64,000 nt of DNA. Source: Candidatus Poribacteria bacterium. GTDB lineage: Bacteria; Poribacteria; WGA-4E; PCPOR2b. The notes under the pieces are model-generated. The model was given only the letters and a program-made list of their open reading frames with translations, did not search any database and was not told the DNA's origin. Made by a program: the position numbers and the translations under genes. Position 1 is the first letter of the stretch. Each line of letters begins with the position of its first letter. Below are positions 52,552 to 63,064 of the stretch, piece after piece. Location: positions 2,624,001 through 2,688,000 of the forward strand of contig OZ242351.1 in NCBI GenBank assembly GCA_965208675.1, given 5' to 3'.

Positions 52552-53736
52552 ATGGCTAATAGATGGTTCGCCGCATTTTCGATTGTCTTTGTGATTATCG
52601 CTCTGATCGTAGGGTGTTCTGCTTGTGACCAAATCCAACAACTTCTCGGTCCCGCTCCACCTCAGATGGAGGGGCTTAGCGGGGGGATTACTATCGGTGT
52701 CGTCTTGCCACAGACCGGGCATCTAGGGCCTGGTGAATTCGGGCCCGGTGCCTTAGCGATGGAAAACAGTTTTAACATGGCGCTTGAAGAGATTAACAGG
52801 TCGCAACTGAGCGATTTAAGACTCAAGTTTATAATCAAGGACGACCAGAGCAGCGTTGAAGGTGCGGTTGAGGCATTCAATAATCTCATCCACCAAGATA
52901 AAGTTCCTGTCATCCTCGGTGTCTGGACATCACACGTTGCCAGATCAGTTTTTCCGATAGCGCAAGAAAACGGGGTTGTGGCTTTTAGTCCTGTCGTCGT
53001 CGCCTCTGGCTTGACGGAGATAGGCGATTTTATCTTCCGGGCAAGCCACACCACAGAGGTACTGATTCCCGATGGGGTAAAAGTGACTCAAGAAAAACTC
53101 GGCTATCTACAGGTGGCGACGATATCAGATAGTGTTGATCTCTTTTCCCGGGATAGTGACGCGCTATTCAAAAAGACATTCGCCGATAGCGGCATTGAGG
53201 TTGTAGCATCGGAAAATTTCGAGACCGGTGATACCAATTTATCCACGCAATTAACTCATATCAAGGAATCAAATCCGGACGCCATCTTTGTGTCGGCGCA
53301 ACAGATAGAGTTGATTGAGATTATGACCCAAGGACGTCAGCTTGGGATTCCACCCGAAATTCCCTTTATCAGTCTCGTCCTGTCTGTGGATGAAGTACAA
53401 AGTGCGGGTGACGCCGCTGAAGGAGCGATAACATTTACCAGTTGGGTTAGCACTGCTGACACACCGGGAAATGGTGCTTTCGTGCAGAATTACACCAGGA
53501 GATATGGTATGGAACCGAGCGTCTGGGCGGCGCAGCCGTATGCCGCTGTCTTTATCTTAGCAAAAGCAATCTCAGACGCCCAGTCCACCGATTCAACGGC
53601 TATTCGGGACTCGCTGGCGAACATCTCCGATTTCGACACGATTTTAGGCAAATTCTCATTCAATGCTATCGGAGACGCTGTGTATGATCCGGTTGTACTG
53701 ATTGTTAAAAACGGCCAACTCGAAGTCTTCGAGTAA
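52552..53736 (+). CDS. LivJ-like substrate-binding lipoprotein, copy 9
   Basis: CSACDQ, same motifs, with a 5-aa insertion (GPGEFGPG) in the first loop. Confidence 0.9.
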   Translation: MANRWFAAFSIVFVIIALIVGCSACDQIQQLLGPAPPQMEGLSGGITIGVVLPQTGHLGPGEFGPGALAMENSFNMALEEINRSQLSDLRLKFIIKDDQSSVEGAVEAFNNLIHQDKVPVILGVWTSHVARSVFPIAQENGVVAFSPVVVASGLTEIGDFIFRASHTTEVLIPDGVKVTQEKLGYLQVATISDSVDLFSRDSDALFKKTFADSGIEVVASENFETGDTNLSTQLTHIKESNPDAIFVSAQQIELIEIMTQGRQLGIPPEIPFISLVLSVDEVQSAGDAAEGAITFTSWVSTADTPGNGAFVQNYTRRYGMEPSVWAAQPYAAVFILAKAISDAQSTDSTAIRDSLANISDFDTILGKFSFNAIGDAVYDPVVLIVKNGQLEVFE

Positions 53737-53768
53737 GCACCCATTCCTTCAATAGACCTCAAGCGTCT

Positions 53769-54053
53769 GTAAGTTGGGTTAAGCGTATATTACCAAAACC
53801 GTTCAAACGGCGATTGCCGTTCCGACTGCCGAACCATGTATTTCGCAAAACAATCGGGGCGTAACCAAACGTTTTTGGATAGTGCGGCGAGTTCGGTTCG
53901 TTGGTGGCGGTTCGGATAAGACTATCGCCTTCGCTATTCGCTCAGTTGATCGTTGGGTTACGCTGCATCATTACCCCTATGAAACAATTTGAACATACGA
54001 ATCACCCACAAATCATCGCGCGCTCTTAATAATCTCCGCTCAACCCAACCTAC
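53769..54053. repeat. REPIN-like element between convergent genes
   Basis: GTAAGTTGGGTTAAGCG ... CGCTCAACCCAACCTAC inverted ends. Contains a micro-element copy at 53918-53950. Confidence 0.7.
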
Positions 54054-54129
54054 AAAAACTCATCCAAAAAGCCTCTTGATACTGATAGAACCGTTACATT
54101 AAGAGGCGTATGCTATTTCAGGAGAGGGC

Positions 54130-56961
54130 TCAATCGCCTTGGAACCCGTCAGTATCCCAGAATCGAATGGTGCCATCCGAACCGCCCGTAACCAGCATTT
54201 TCCCGTCGTGGCTGAAAACGAGCGAAGAGGCAGATACGTCAAGGGGAATCAATTCTTCCTGCGTTTTCATATCCCATACACACACCTTTGCCTTCGCCTT
54301 GACTGAAGCAGCGAGAAAACGCCCATCAGGACTGATGTCGAGTGCGTAAATCCATTCCCCTGCGTCCAATGTCCAAATTATCTTGTGTTCCGCTATACTC
54401 CACAATTGAATTTCTCTGTGGGTCCCCGCCGTCGCAAACGTTTGCCCGTCAGGGCTAAACGCTACGGAATTGATGACGGCATATTCCATACCCTTTTTGT
54501 CTGGCTCGGCCGTGAAGATTTCACGTCGTTTTCTAACGTCCCATAATCGAACCGCGTTATCAATTCCACCGGAAATCAACAACTTCCCGTCGGGATTGAA
54601 GTCTATTGACGCTATGGTACTGTTGGCAACTGGCGATTCAACTGGAATTTCTCCGTATACCCACTTTGACCATAACCTCTCCAAGAAACCGGCTTTTCTG
54701 CGTGGAGGCTCCTGCCCCAACACAGATATTGCTCTTTTCCGGCGTGTGTCCCATAACCGAATGCAGGTATCATCAACACAAGCAAGAGTTTTACCGTCTT
54801 GACCAAACGTCATGGATTCCACAATTGCGGAGTGCTTAAAGACCGCAATCTGTTTTCGATCGCGTATGTTCCAAAGGTGTGCGTGCTCTGACGCACTTGA
54901 GGCAAGAAGTCTCCCATCGGGACTGAACACCACGCATTGCACCATTGCAGCGTGGCCCCGTAAAGAATCAATTCGTCTCTTGCTTCGTACATCCCATAAT
55001 TCAACGACACCATTATCACGTCCCACAGCCAAGAGTTCGCCGTCAGGACTGAGCGCTACTGATGAAACCGAAGGGCTGTGATCTTGAGCTACGGCGATTT
55101 GCTTTCCACTCTCAACCTCCCAAAGCCGAATAGACATGTCTCCACCCAGTTGAATTTCCGTCGGCGCACGCCCACCGTTCAGGGACGCTAGTGTCTTTCC
55201 ATCCGGACGAAACGCGATAGATGTTACGCCACCAGATTTAGTTTCTAACTTACCGATCTGTTTTAGTGTGCGAGTATCCCACATTCGGATGATGGAGTCA
55301 TCACTAGCGGAGGCCAAGATTGCGCCATCTGGGCTAAAGGCGATGTGGTTTATGCCATCTAGGTTATTAGTTTCTTGCAACAGTACGATTTGTGCCCGAC
55401 TCGCTACGTCCCATAGACGTAAAGTGCCGTCAATGAAGCTCCCTGAAGCCAAGCTTTTTCCATCCGGACTGAAAGTAACATCCGAAACTGCAGAATTCGG
55501 TAGCCCTGCATCGTGCATATGTCCATCGAATGACCATATTAGCGTCTGAGTTTGTAAATCCCACAAACTAATTTTTGAGTCTTCATATCCGCCTGACGCC
55601 AACAACTGCCCGTCCGGGCTGAAAGCTAAAGCCCACACGAATTTTGAAGCGGTTTCTAGCAACGCGGTTTGCCGTTGGGTACGCATATCCCACAAAGCAA
55701 TTTCCCCATAACCGAAACCTACGGCGAGGGTGTTCCCATCAAGCGAAAAGGATAAGGCCGTCACTCCCTTACTCGGCAATGTCAAACTCCCAATCTGCTG
55801 CTGTGTCGACACATCCCATAGATAAACCTTAGATTCTCTACGGCCGGATGCCAGTGTATTTCCGTCGGGACTGAATGCGATGGTGCTCGCCCCATGTGCT
55901 ATCATTCCAACTTCCGTAAGTGTTTCGGCGTCATAAAACCAGATGCCTATAGCCCCCTTGACAGCAATCAGCTTGCCATCCGGGGAATAGGCCAATTCGG
56001 TCACGATACCATTGCCAAGACGAGCTGTCGGCTCATTTCTGCTGTCCGTTTCCACTTCGGTATCAGCGATTGCCGCCCGCACCTCATTGGTCGGCCGAGA
56101 ACCCTTGATCGGATCTTTTTTGCCGTCGCCGCTTGAAACAACTAAAGTATCCGAAAGCATTACCACATCTACGGGAATTTCGCCGGTTTCCGTGACTTCG
56201 GTTTCACTTGACACCGGCGTCCCAATCAACGTACCGACTGCCGGAACTTGATCGAAGGGCACGATGAGAAACATCATTGACAATGTCAGCAGACTAACGG
56301 CCGCGATCCCTATGGGAACAGCGGGCGTCTGCGGACTCGATTGGATTCGTGTTCGCTGAATGGCTTCGACGATGTTAAGCGTAAAAGCTGGATGAAGCTT
56401 CTGTTGTTCAAAACTGGTATCCATCATCGTTAACATCTCCTTCTTCAATTTAGCGCGTGCGCGGTTGAGCCGCATGGCTATTGCATGGGGCGATGCTCCG
56501 AGAAACTGGGCAATCTCTCTGCAACTCATCCCTCCCAAATAGTGAAGGGTTAAGACTTGCCGATGAATCTCGGGCAACTCAGACAGGGCTTCTTGGAGCG
56601 TTAGATGGATTTCGTCCTCTTGGTATGAACACATTGAAATCTTGTCCAAGCACTCCTGTTCTTGGTCGGCAACGTACTCTCCATCAGGCCGGCTTGCCTT
56701 AGAACGCAAAAAGTCTTTGCACGAATTGGAAGTGATCGCGTACAGCCATGACAGAAACTTGTCGCACTGTTTCAACGTGCGAAGTTTCTGATATGCCTTG
56801 AGAAATACCTCCTGCGTTATGTCCTGAGCGTCGTGGAAGTTACCGAGTTTCGTATAAGCCAACGCGTACACGCTGCCTTTGTACTTGTCGACGAGCAAGC
56901 CAAACGCAGCGGCATCTCCATCAAGGCATTTCTGAATGATATAACCATCTTCCGTTCGCAT
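54130..56961 (-). CDS. ECF sigma-70 factor fused via a TM helix to about 14 WD40 repeats
   Basis: DAQDITQEVFL, FLSWLYAI, SCREIA...RLNRARAKLK, TM IPIG-like segment (VPIGIAAVSLLTLSMMFLIV), and repeated FSPDG..LAS...LWD. Confidence 0.92.
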   Translation of the reverse strand: MRTEDGYIIQKCLDGDAAAFGLLVDKYKGSVYALAYTKLGNFHDAQDITQEVFLKAYQKLRTLKQCDKFLSWLYAITSNSCKDFLRSKASRPDGEYVADQEQECLDKISMCSYQEDEIHLTLQEALSELPEIHRQVLTLHYLGGMSCREIAQFLGASPHAIAMRLNRARAKLKKEMLTMMDTSFEQQKLHPAFTLNIVEAIQRTRIQSSPQTPAVPIGIAAVSLLTLSMMFLIVPFDQVPAVGTLIGTPVSSETEVTETGEIPVDVVMLSDTLVVSSGDGKKDPIKGSRPTNEVRAAIADTEVETDSRNEPTARLGNGIVTELAYSPDGKLIAVKGAIGIWFYDAETLTEVGMIAHGASTIAFSPDGNTLASGRRESKVYLWDVSTQQQIGSLTLPSKGVTALSFSLDGNTLAVGFGYGEIALWDMRTQRQTALLETASKFVWALAFSPDGQLLASGGYEDSKISLWDLQTQTLIWSFDGHMHDAGLPNSAVSDVTFSPDGKSLASGSFIDGTLRLWDVASRAQIVLLQETNNLDGINHIAFSPDGAILASASDDSIIRMWDTRTLKQIGKLETKSGGVTSIAFRPDGKTLASLNGGRAPTEIQLGGDMSIRLWEVESGKQIAVAQDHSPSVSSVALSPDGELLAVGRDNGVVELWDVRSKRRIDSLRGHAAMVQCVVFSPDGRLLASSASEHAHLWNIRDRKQIAVFKHSAIVESMTFGQDGKTLACVDDTCIRLWDTRRKRAISVLGQEPPRRKAGFLERLWSKWVYGEIPVESPVANSTIASIDFNPDGKLLISGGIDNAVRLWDVRKRREIFTAEPDKKGMEYAVINSVAFSPDGQTFATAGTHREIQLWSIAEHKIIWTLDAGEWIYALDISPDGRFLAASVKAKAKVCVWDMKTQEELIPLDVSASSLVFSHDGKMLVTGGSDGTIRFWDTDGFQGD

Positions 56962-57429
56962 GGCTTCCTCCCTTTACGATCGCTGTATGAATGTTAGACG
57001 TATGCCATCGCCGAAATCTCACCTGCGAATCAAAATATTTTTTTAGTTGGGAGAAAAATGTTAAATTGAATACGCACTCGGTCACAGTAATGTTACGACA
57101 TTATAATTTTTCTAGTATTATACCGTCAAACGTGAAAGCGTCTGTTCACATATCTGAATAACAGAGTTTTCCACAACCCCCGATGGCGTAACTGCCCAGG
57201 CGTTTTTATGGTGCGTCCGCGAGCGAATGAACACGGCTTTAAAAAGTCTATGGAAAGTCGTGACTTTTTTGTGTATACTAACTTGGCGATTTACGGAATT
57301 AAGATTTCCAGATTTTATTATGAATAGTTGGGATTCATCCACCTAATCACCGCAATTCACATCATTTTTCGTACCTTAAAATAGACAATTGTCCATCAAT
57401 AAAAGGAGGATTAACCAATTAAATATTTA

Positions 57430-58698
57430 ATGCGACTTAACCAAATAAGTAAACTTTTCACAGCGGCTTCGCTGATTTTAATTTGTTGTTTAAGTAACAG
57501 TATGCTAACCACAGCATTGGGAAACGGCTCACGCGCCGAATGGCCTCAATGGCGGGGGCCCAACCGTGACGGGGTTTCCCAAGAAACCGGGCTTCTCACT
57601 AGTTGGCAGCAGGACGAGCCCAAAGTCTTATGGAAAATCCCTTTTGGACACGGCTATTCGGGAATCTCCATTTCGGGCGGGCGCCTTTACACCATGTTCG
57701 CACAAGGGAATGATGAGTACGCGGTTTGCTTGAATGCGTCCAATGGGGAAGAAATTTGGCGATTTCGTACCGGTTCAAAATTCACCAACAACCACGGCGA
57801 TGGACCGCGTTCAACGCCAACGGTGAATGGAGATGTGGTTTTTGTGCTGGGAGCGAAAGGTAAACTCCACGCTTTAGACGCTAGAACTGGCGAAAAATTG
57901 TGGGGCTACGATTTAGTTGACGAGTTTGGCAGTAAGGTCCCGCGGTGGGGGTTCGCCACATCACCGCTTGTTGAAGCCAATCTCCTTGTGGTTGAAGTTG
58001 GCGGAAAGGACGGTAAATCTGTTGTTGCCTTCGACATTAAGAGCGGCGATGTGATTTGGACATCCGCTATTGATGCACCTGCGTACTCATCGCCCATTGC
58101 CATTACATTCAACGGGATACGGCAACTCATAATTCTTACATCAAACGGTCCGGTTTCTGTATCGCCAACAGATGGGCAGGTTTACTGGAAATATCACTGG
58201 TCAAAAGGTATAAACATAGCGACGCCGGTGTTCATTCCAGAGAGTCAAATTTTTGTCTCCGCCGCTTACGATAAGGGTGCCGCGCTAGTCAAGATGAAAG
58301 CCGACGGCGGTGCGGTGACGGTTGATGAGGTGTGGAAGAGCCGTGTGATGAAGAATCATTTCAATGCATCGGTGCTACACCGCGATTACCTATACGGTTT
58401 TGACAACACCATCCTGAAATGTATTGAAGCGAATACGGGCGAAGAGCAATGGGTAGCGCGCGGTTTCGGCAAAGGCAGTCTGATTTATGCTGACGGAAAT
58501 TTAATAGTCCTCGGCGATGCGGGCAGGCTCACGTTGGTTGAAGCAACACCGACGGAATATAGGGAAAAAGGGGATATCCAATTGCTGCACGGCAAATGTT
58601 GGACGGCGCCAACCCTCGCGGGCGGCAAACTTTACCTCCGAAACCACGAGGAACTGGTGTGTTTGGATGCGACAGGAGGAAATGCCGCAAACGAGTGA
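57430..58698 (+). CDS. Secreted PQQ-binding-like beta-propeller protein
   Basis: Signal peptide, EWPQWRGPNRDG, GPRSTP, YSSP and W..P.LAGGKLYLR. Confidence 0.88.
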   Translation: MRLNQISKLFTAASLILICCLSNSMLTTALGNGSRAEWPQWRGPNRDGVSQETGLLTSWQQDEPKVLWKIPFGHGYSGISISGGRLYTMFAQGNDEYAVCLNASNGEEIWRFRTGSKFTNNHGDGPRSTPTVNGDVVFVLGAKGKLHALDARTGEKLWGYDLVDEFGSKVPRWGFATSPLVEANLLVVEVGGKDGKSVVAFDIKSGDVIWTSAIDAPAYSSPIAITFNGIRQLIILTSNGPVSVSPTDGQVYWKYHWSKGINIATPVFIPESQIFVSAAYDKGAALVKMKADGGAVTVDEVWKSRVMKNHFNASVLHRDYLYGFDNTILKCIEANTGEEQWVARGFGKGSLIYADGNLIVLGDAGRLTLVEATPTEYREKGDIQLLHGKCWTAPTLAGGKLYLRNHEELVCLDATGGNAANE

Positions 58699-58746
58699 AT
58701 GGCAGCCGCAGCATTGCGTATTGCACTAAAACTCAACAAATTGACC

Positions 58747-58862
58747 GGACTTACGCAAATGGAGCAGAGGTGGAAAATTGGACTTAAAAAGTTGTTAATT
58801 CATGTTTTTAACCCCCTAAGTCCCCCTTATCAGGGGGATTTTTGGACCTATTTCGTAAGTCC
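58747..58862. mobile_element. Short MITE-like element with GGACTTACG ends
   Basis: GGACTTACGCAAA ... TTTCGTAAGTCC inverted ends around a CCCCCT..AGGGGG hairpin. Solo ends also occur near 13157, 31004 and 39871. Confidence 0.55.
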
Positions 58863-58884
58863 CAACTAAGTAATACACACGGAT

Positions 58885-59727
58885 ATGACTGACAAAAGAA
58901 AAGTTCTAATTACTGGCGCATCGGGATATATCGCAGGGCGGATGTTACCTGCGTTTCGTGAACGGTACGATCTGGTGTTGCTCGATGTCAATACGACTAA
59001 TCGGGACAATGAGACGGTCGATGGTGTTCAGATTGTAGATTTAACTGTCCCCGACCGCGACGCATACCGCCGTTATTTCAATGGCATTGACGCCGCGGTA
59101 CACTGCGCGTTCAAACGCGGCGGTTTTGAGAACGAGCTTGCGAACGTGCAGATGGCATACAATGTTTATCAGACGTGTCTTGAGGAAGACGTTCGACGGG
59201 TGGTTGTGTGTAGTTCAAATCACGCGGCGGATTACTATGAAAGGTTAATCTGGGCGGATGAATGGGATGTTGTAACGCCGGAGATGCGCCCACTGTCTGA
59301 CAACTTCTACGGATGGGCGAAAGAGGCGTATGAACATCTCGGTTTTGTGTTCGCCGCGGGGCATGTCGATGGCAAAAAGCTGCAGAATGTACAACTTCGA
59401 ATCGGCGCCCCTCGAGAAACAATCCTTGATGAAGTTGAACCTAGCAAACTGAAGCGTATTCACCGGGGGCTTGGCGCTTACTTGAGCGCACGGGATCAGA
59501 CTCAGCTTTTCATCAAAAGCATCGAAACCGAAAACATCGAAGATGAAAATGGAGTACCGTTTCAAATCTTCTACGGAATAAGCGGCAACTCGCACGGATT
59601 CTGGAGCATCGTAAACGCCCGCAAAATTATCGGCTATGAACCTGAAGACAACAGTGCAATAAAGTTTACTGAACAAATTGCGGCGTTAATGGGAACAGCA
59701 AATCGTGATGATTCCGGTATTGGCTGA
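58885..59727 (+). CDS. NAD-dependent epimerase/dehydratase (uronate dehydrogenase-like SDR)
   Basis: ITGASGYIA, SSNHA, YGWAK (YxxxK) and LRIG. Confidence 0.85.
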   Translation: MTDKRKVLITGASGYIAGRMLPAFRERYDLVLLDVNTTNRDNETVDGVQIVDLTVPDRDAYRRYFNGIDAAVHCAFKRGGFENELANVQMAYNVYQTCLEEDVRRVVVCSSNHAADYYERLIWADEWDVVTPEMRPLSDNFYGWAKEAYEHLGFVFAAGHVDGKKLQNVQLRIGAPRETILDEVEPSKLKRIHRGLGAYLSARDQTQLFIKSIETENIEDENGVPFQIFYGISGNSHGFWSIVNARKIIGYEPEDNSAIKFTEQIAALMGTANRDDSGIG

Positions 59728-59777
59728 TTGTCCGCGCAAACGTACCACCATTTCATTTGCTACGCCTAAGGAGTTGC

Positions 59778-60749
59778 ATGGCAAAAATCAGAATTGGTAT
59801 CGTTGGATCCGGCGGCATGGCGCGAAGCCACGCCGAACAATTCGCCGGGCTTGATGCCGCTCGAGTCGCCGCCATTGCATCAAGGAATGTTCACACAGGT
59901 ACACAACTCGCGCAGAGATTCGATGCAGTATTTGAACCGGATTGGCAAAATCTGGTTGAGCGTGAGGACTTGGGCAGCGTCGTCATCACTACCCATAACG
60001 ACAGCCACGGCGAAATCGCGATTGGTGCGTTGAGCGCTGATAAACACGTTTTTACCGAATATCCGTTGGCACGGTCCATTGGCGAAGGCGAGAAAGCCAT
60101 CGCTGTGGCGAAATCCAAGCAACGCGTGCTGCGAATCTCACATCCTGAAACTGTGTCAAAGCTGCACAAAGCCATTAAGCGGAAACGCCAGAACCTCGGA
60201 AATCTGCTGTTAACCTCTTTCTTGCGCCTCACACCTGGGCGTGGCGCCCGCCCTGAAATCTTGTTTAACCTACCTGTTTCAGGACCGCCGGCACACTTCT
60301 TCATTTATCATATCTATCCAGTAATCGATCTGTTTGGCGGTGTCTCGTGGGTTGAGGCAGGCGCCGCTTACGAAGGATTAACGAATCGTGGGACATACGA
60401 TCGGTTTGCCAATACCGTCAATGTTGGGTTCAAGGCAGGAGGCATCGGACAATGGACGTGGGCAGGCGGTATTGAGATTAAGGCGGCGGAGCAACGCCAG
60501 CACTACGTCATGGCAGACGGTACAATTTCCAGCGAAGGCGGTTGGCGCTGTTCGACCAGATCGGAAATTGAGGAAATTCAGCCGATTGATGCACCGAATA
60601 TTTCACTCCAAGAATTGTGGTTGCGAGAAATCCAAGACGGCGATACAGGCGCGGCGCATGCGGACGCCGAAACCGCACTTGAGGCAATTAAAGTTAGCCT
60701 TTCAGGCGAGCAATCAATACTCGAAAGCCGGCGAATTGTGTTACCTTAA
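59778..60749 (+). CDS. Gfo/Idh/MocA family oxidoreductase
   Basis: IGIVGSGGMA, TTHNDSH and KHVFTEYP. AAGGAG RBS before ATG 59778. Confidence 0.87.
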   Translation: MAKIRIGIVGSGGMARSHAEQFAGLDAARVAAIASRNVHTGTQLAQRFDAVFEPDWQNLVEREDLGSVVITTHNDSHGEIAIGALSADKHVFTEYPLARSIGEGEKAIAVAKSKQRVLRISHPETVSKLHKAIKRKRQNLGNLLLTSFLRLTPGRGARPEILFNLPVSGPPAHFFIYHIYPVIDLFGGVSWVEAGAAYEGLTNRGTYDRFANTVNVGFKAGGIGQWTWAGGIEIKAAEQRQHYVMADGTISSEGGWRCSTRSEIEEIQPIDAPNISLQELWLREIQDGDTGAAHADAETALEAIKVSLSGEQSILESRRIVLP

Positions 60750-60988
60750 TTATTCGATCGATGCTAAGCGAAAACTCGCCATTCCCTCTATTATGAGGTT
60801 GGCTGAGCCTACTTGTTTAATCGTTGACAGCATTGTTAAGCTCAAATATAATAGCAGGCGATCAAATTTGTCGTTGAGATAAGTGACTAGGACTCACACA
60901 TTCGAGGTTCGGAACATATTGCATCCTGTCTCACATGGTGACATAGTAAAGTGCCCGTTCCAGCGATGCGCCAACGTTATCCGATAGC

Positions 60989-61927
60989 ATGGAGGTTTCA
61001 TCAGTGACGGCGACGCTCGAACTTCGCCCTTTCGGACGGACCAATGAGCAGGTCACCGTTATCGGCCTTGGCGGGGGCTACCTTGATAAGCACTCTTTGG
61101 CGGACGGCATTGCCACTGTACGCCGGGCGCTAGACCTGGGCGTCAATTACTTCGACACCGCGCCAGTCTATGGCCAGGGAGCATCTCAAGTGATTCTCGG
61201 CAATGCTCTCGAAGGGCGCAAGGAGCCACATTTATTGGCGACGAAGATAGGCTTCCTTGCTCAATCAGCAGCCTATCGGTCACCGGACGCGCTTCGCTCC
61301 CAACTTTGGGAGAGCCTGCGAGCGTTACGGCGGAGTCATGTGGACATTCTACAAATCCATCTCGCGGAATCGGCTTGTTGGTGGAAGTCCGGCGTTCCGG
61401 AAGAACAACTGTTGAACCCTGACGAAACTTATAGTTTCACAGACGCCCCCGTGATGGAGGTATTGTACGAGGCAAAGGCACAGGGAATCTGCCGTTTTCT
61501 CGGAATCACGTCGGACCACGCCGAGCAGATAACCTACGTTTTGCGCGGGATCGAAGTAGATGCATGTCTAGTGGCTTATGAATACACGCTTCTGCACCGC
61601 AATGCGCTTCGCACAGTGCTGCCGTTAATACGGGAAAAGGGTACCGCTTATATTCCGGTAGGCGTGTTTAAAACCATTGGAGCAGATCAGGGACAGAGTC
61701 CCGTTCCCCGATTGAACGAAATACAGAGAGGCTGCGGTTTGTCTTTGATCGAACTGACAGTCCGCTACCTTATCGCCGACCCGTGTATCACAACCATTCT
61801 AGTCGGTGCGTCCACCCCGGAAGAATTGGAAGAGAGCGTCCTCGCAGCCCAGGCCGGTCCACTCCCACCCGATCTTCATCGAACTCTAGACGAATTGGAG
61901 ACTCCTAATTCAAGCATTGAAGATTAG
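60989..61927 (+). CDS. Aldo/keto reductase
   Basis: GVNYFDTAPVYG, LATK, SLRALR..HVDILQIH and LVGAST.EELEE. Confidence 0.9.
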   Translation: MEVSSVTATLELRPFGRTNEQVTVIGLGGGYLDKHSLADGIATVRRALDLGVNYFDTAPVYGQGASQVILGNALEGRKEPHLLATKIGFLAQSAAYRSPDALRSQLWESLRALRRSHVDILQIHLAESACWWKSGVPEEQLLNPDETYSFTDAPVMEVLYEAKAQGICRFLGITSDHAEQITYVLRGIEVDACLVAYEYTLLHRNALRTVLPLIREKGTAYIPVGVFKTIGADQGQSPVPRLNEIQRGCGLSLIELTVRYLIADPCITTILVGASTPEELEESVLAAQAGPLPPDLHRTLDELETPNSSIED

Positions 61928-62385
61928 CGCCACAAATACCACGTTCTCATATTCAATTGAGCCTAGGTTATCAGTGCGTAATGCGACGGTAGACTACGTC
62001 TCACGGACAGTCATACCTAATTTTCAACAATCATTTGCGGTATAATTTCCATCCGACATTGGGAGCGCAGGATTTGATGGCTCCAACCAGCTTACAGAAT
62101 CATCTAGACTTGGAATTTCTTCCAGGGTACAGTTTTACGTCCAAACTCAGAGATTAATTCCCGGCATCACGCGCAATGCACCAAACCAGTCTTGGGCATT
62201 TTAGTTGCTATAACCGGTGGAACCTCTATCGCGCGGGATTTTCTATCGCCTTCGCTATTAGCTCAGTTGATTCTATTCGATCGCTTGATTCCCGCCTACG
62301 GAGGGTAGTGTGGTACTATACACCTGCCGCCCCTCAAGGGCTGTATAAAATGAATTTTCAAACTAGTTCCAAGGAGGTTTGATAC

Positions 62386-62922
62386 ATGAAAAATAGAAAC
62401 ATTCTTGGCTATTTGCCTTTTTTGTGGGCAGCAACCTACGCCATGATAGTTGGAGTTGGCTGCAGCCATTCAGGCAATACGCCCCAAATGAACAACAGCG
62501 CACCGAATAAACAGCGAGTTGTGTCCGTAAAGAATTTTGAGCAACCCAACATCAGCGGCGACTGGACCGGCACTTGGGGCGTATATCATCCGCAACAGAC
62601 AAATAACGCCGCTCAGAATACTCAGCAGCAGTTAGACTGCCGCGTGGTGGCGTTAACTCGCGGCGAATGGCAAGCGACATTTGAGGGCGAGTGTGGACGT
62701 CCCTATAAATACACAATACAAATGCTCGGGCGCCGGACCGGAGAAGTCGTCCTATTTAAAGGCAGTGTGGACCTTGGAGAAAAAGATGGCGGTGTATACG
62801 ACTGGATTGGTCGAGCTACAGAGGAAAAATTTATCGGATTCTACACCAGCCAAAATTATACGGGGACCTTCCAAATGGCTCGAGCGACAAAATCGTTTGG
62901 CACGGAAGCCGGAAATCTATAG
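62386..62922 (+). CDS. Hypothetical lipoprotein
   Basis: AGGAGG RBS, GVGC lipobox-like site and a beta-rich domain (ISGDWTGTW). No family recognised. Confidence 0.7.
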   Translation: MKNRNILGYLPFLWAATYAMIVGVGCSHSGNTPQMNNSAPNKQRVVSVKNFEQPNISGDWTGTWGVYHPQQTNNAAQNTQQQLDCRVVALTRGEWQATFEGECGRPYKYTIQMLGRRTGEVVLFKGSVDLGEKDGGVYDWIGRATEEKFIGFYTSQNYTGTFQMARATKSFGTEAGNL

Positions 62923-63064
62923 CTTCTCGGTACGTCAAAGTTTGAAAGTAAATGGAGGAAGGTTCGCCACTGAAGGCCGTTACCGATATTACCCACCATG
63001 CTTCATGCCTCTGTTCCCCTGAACATCTAATGTCATAATTCAGACACATTTTAGGAATCGTGCT

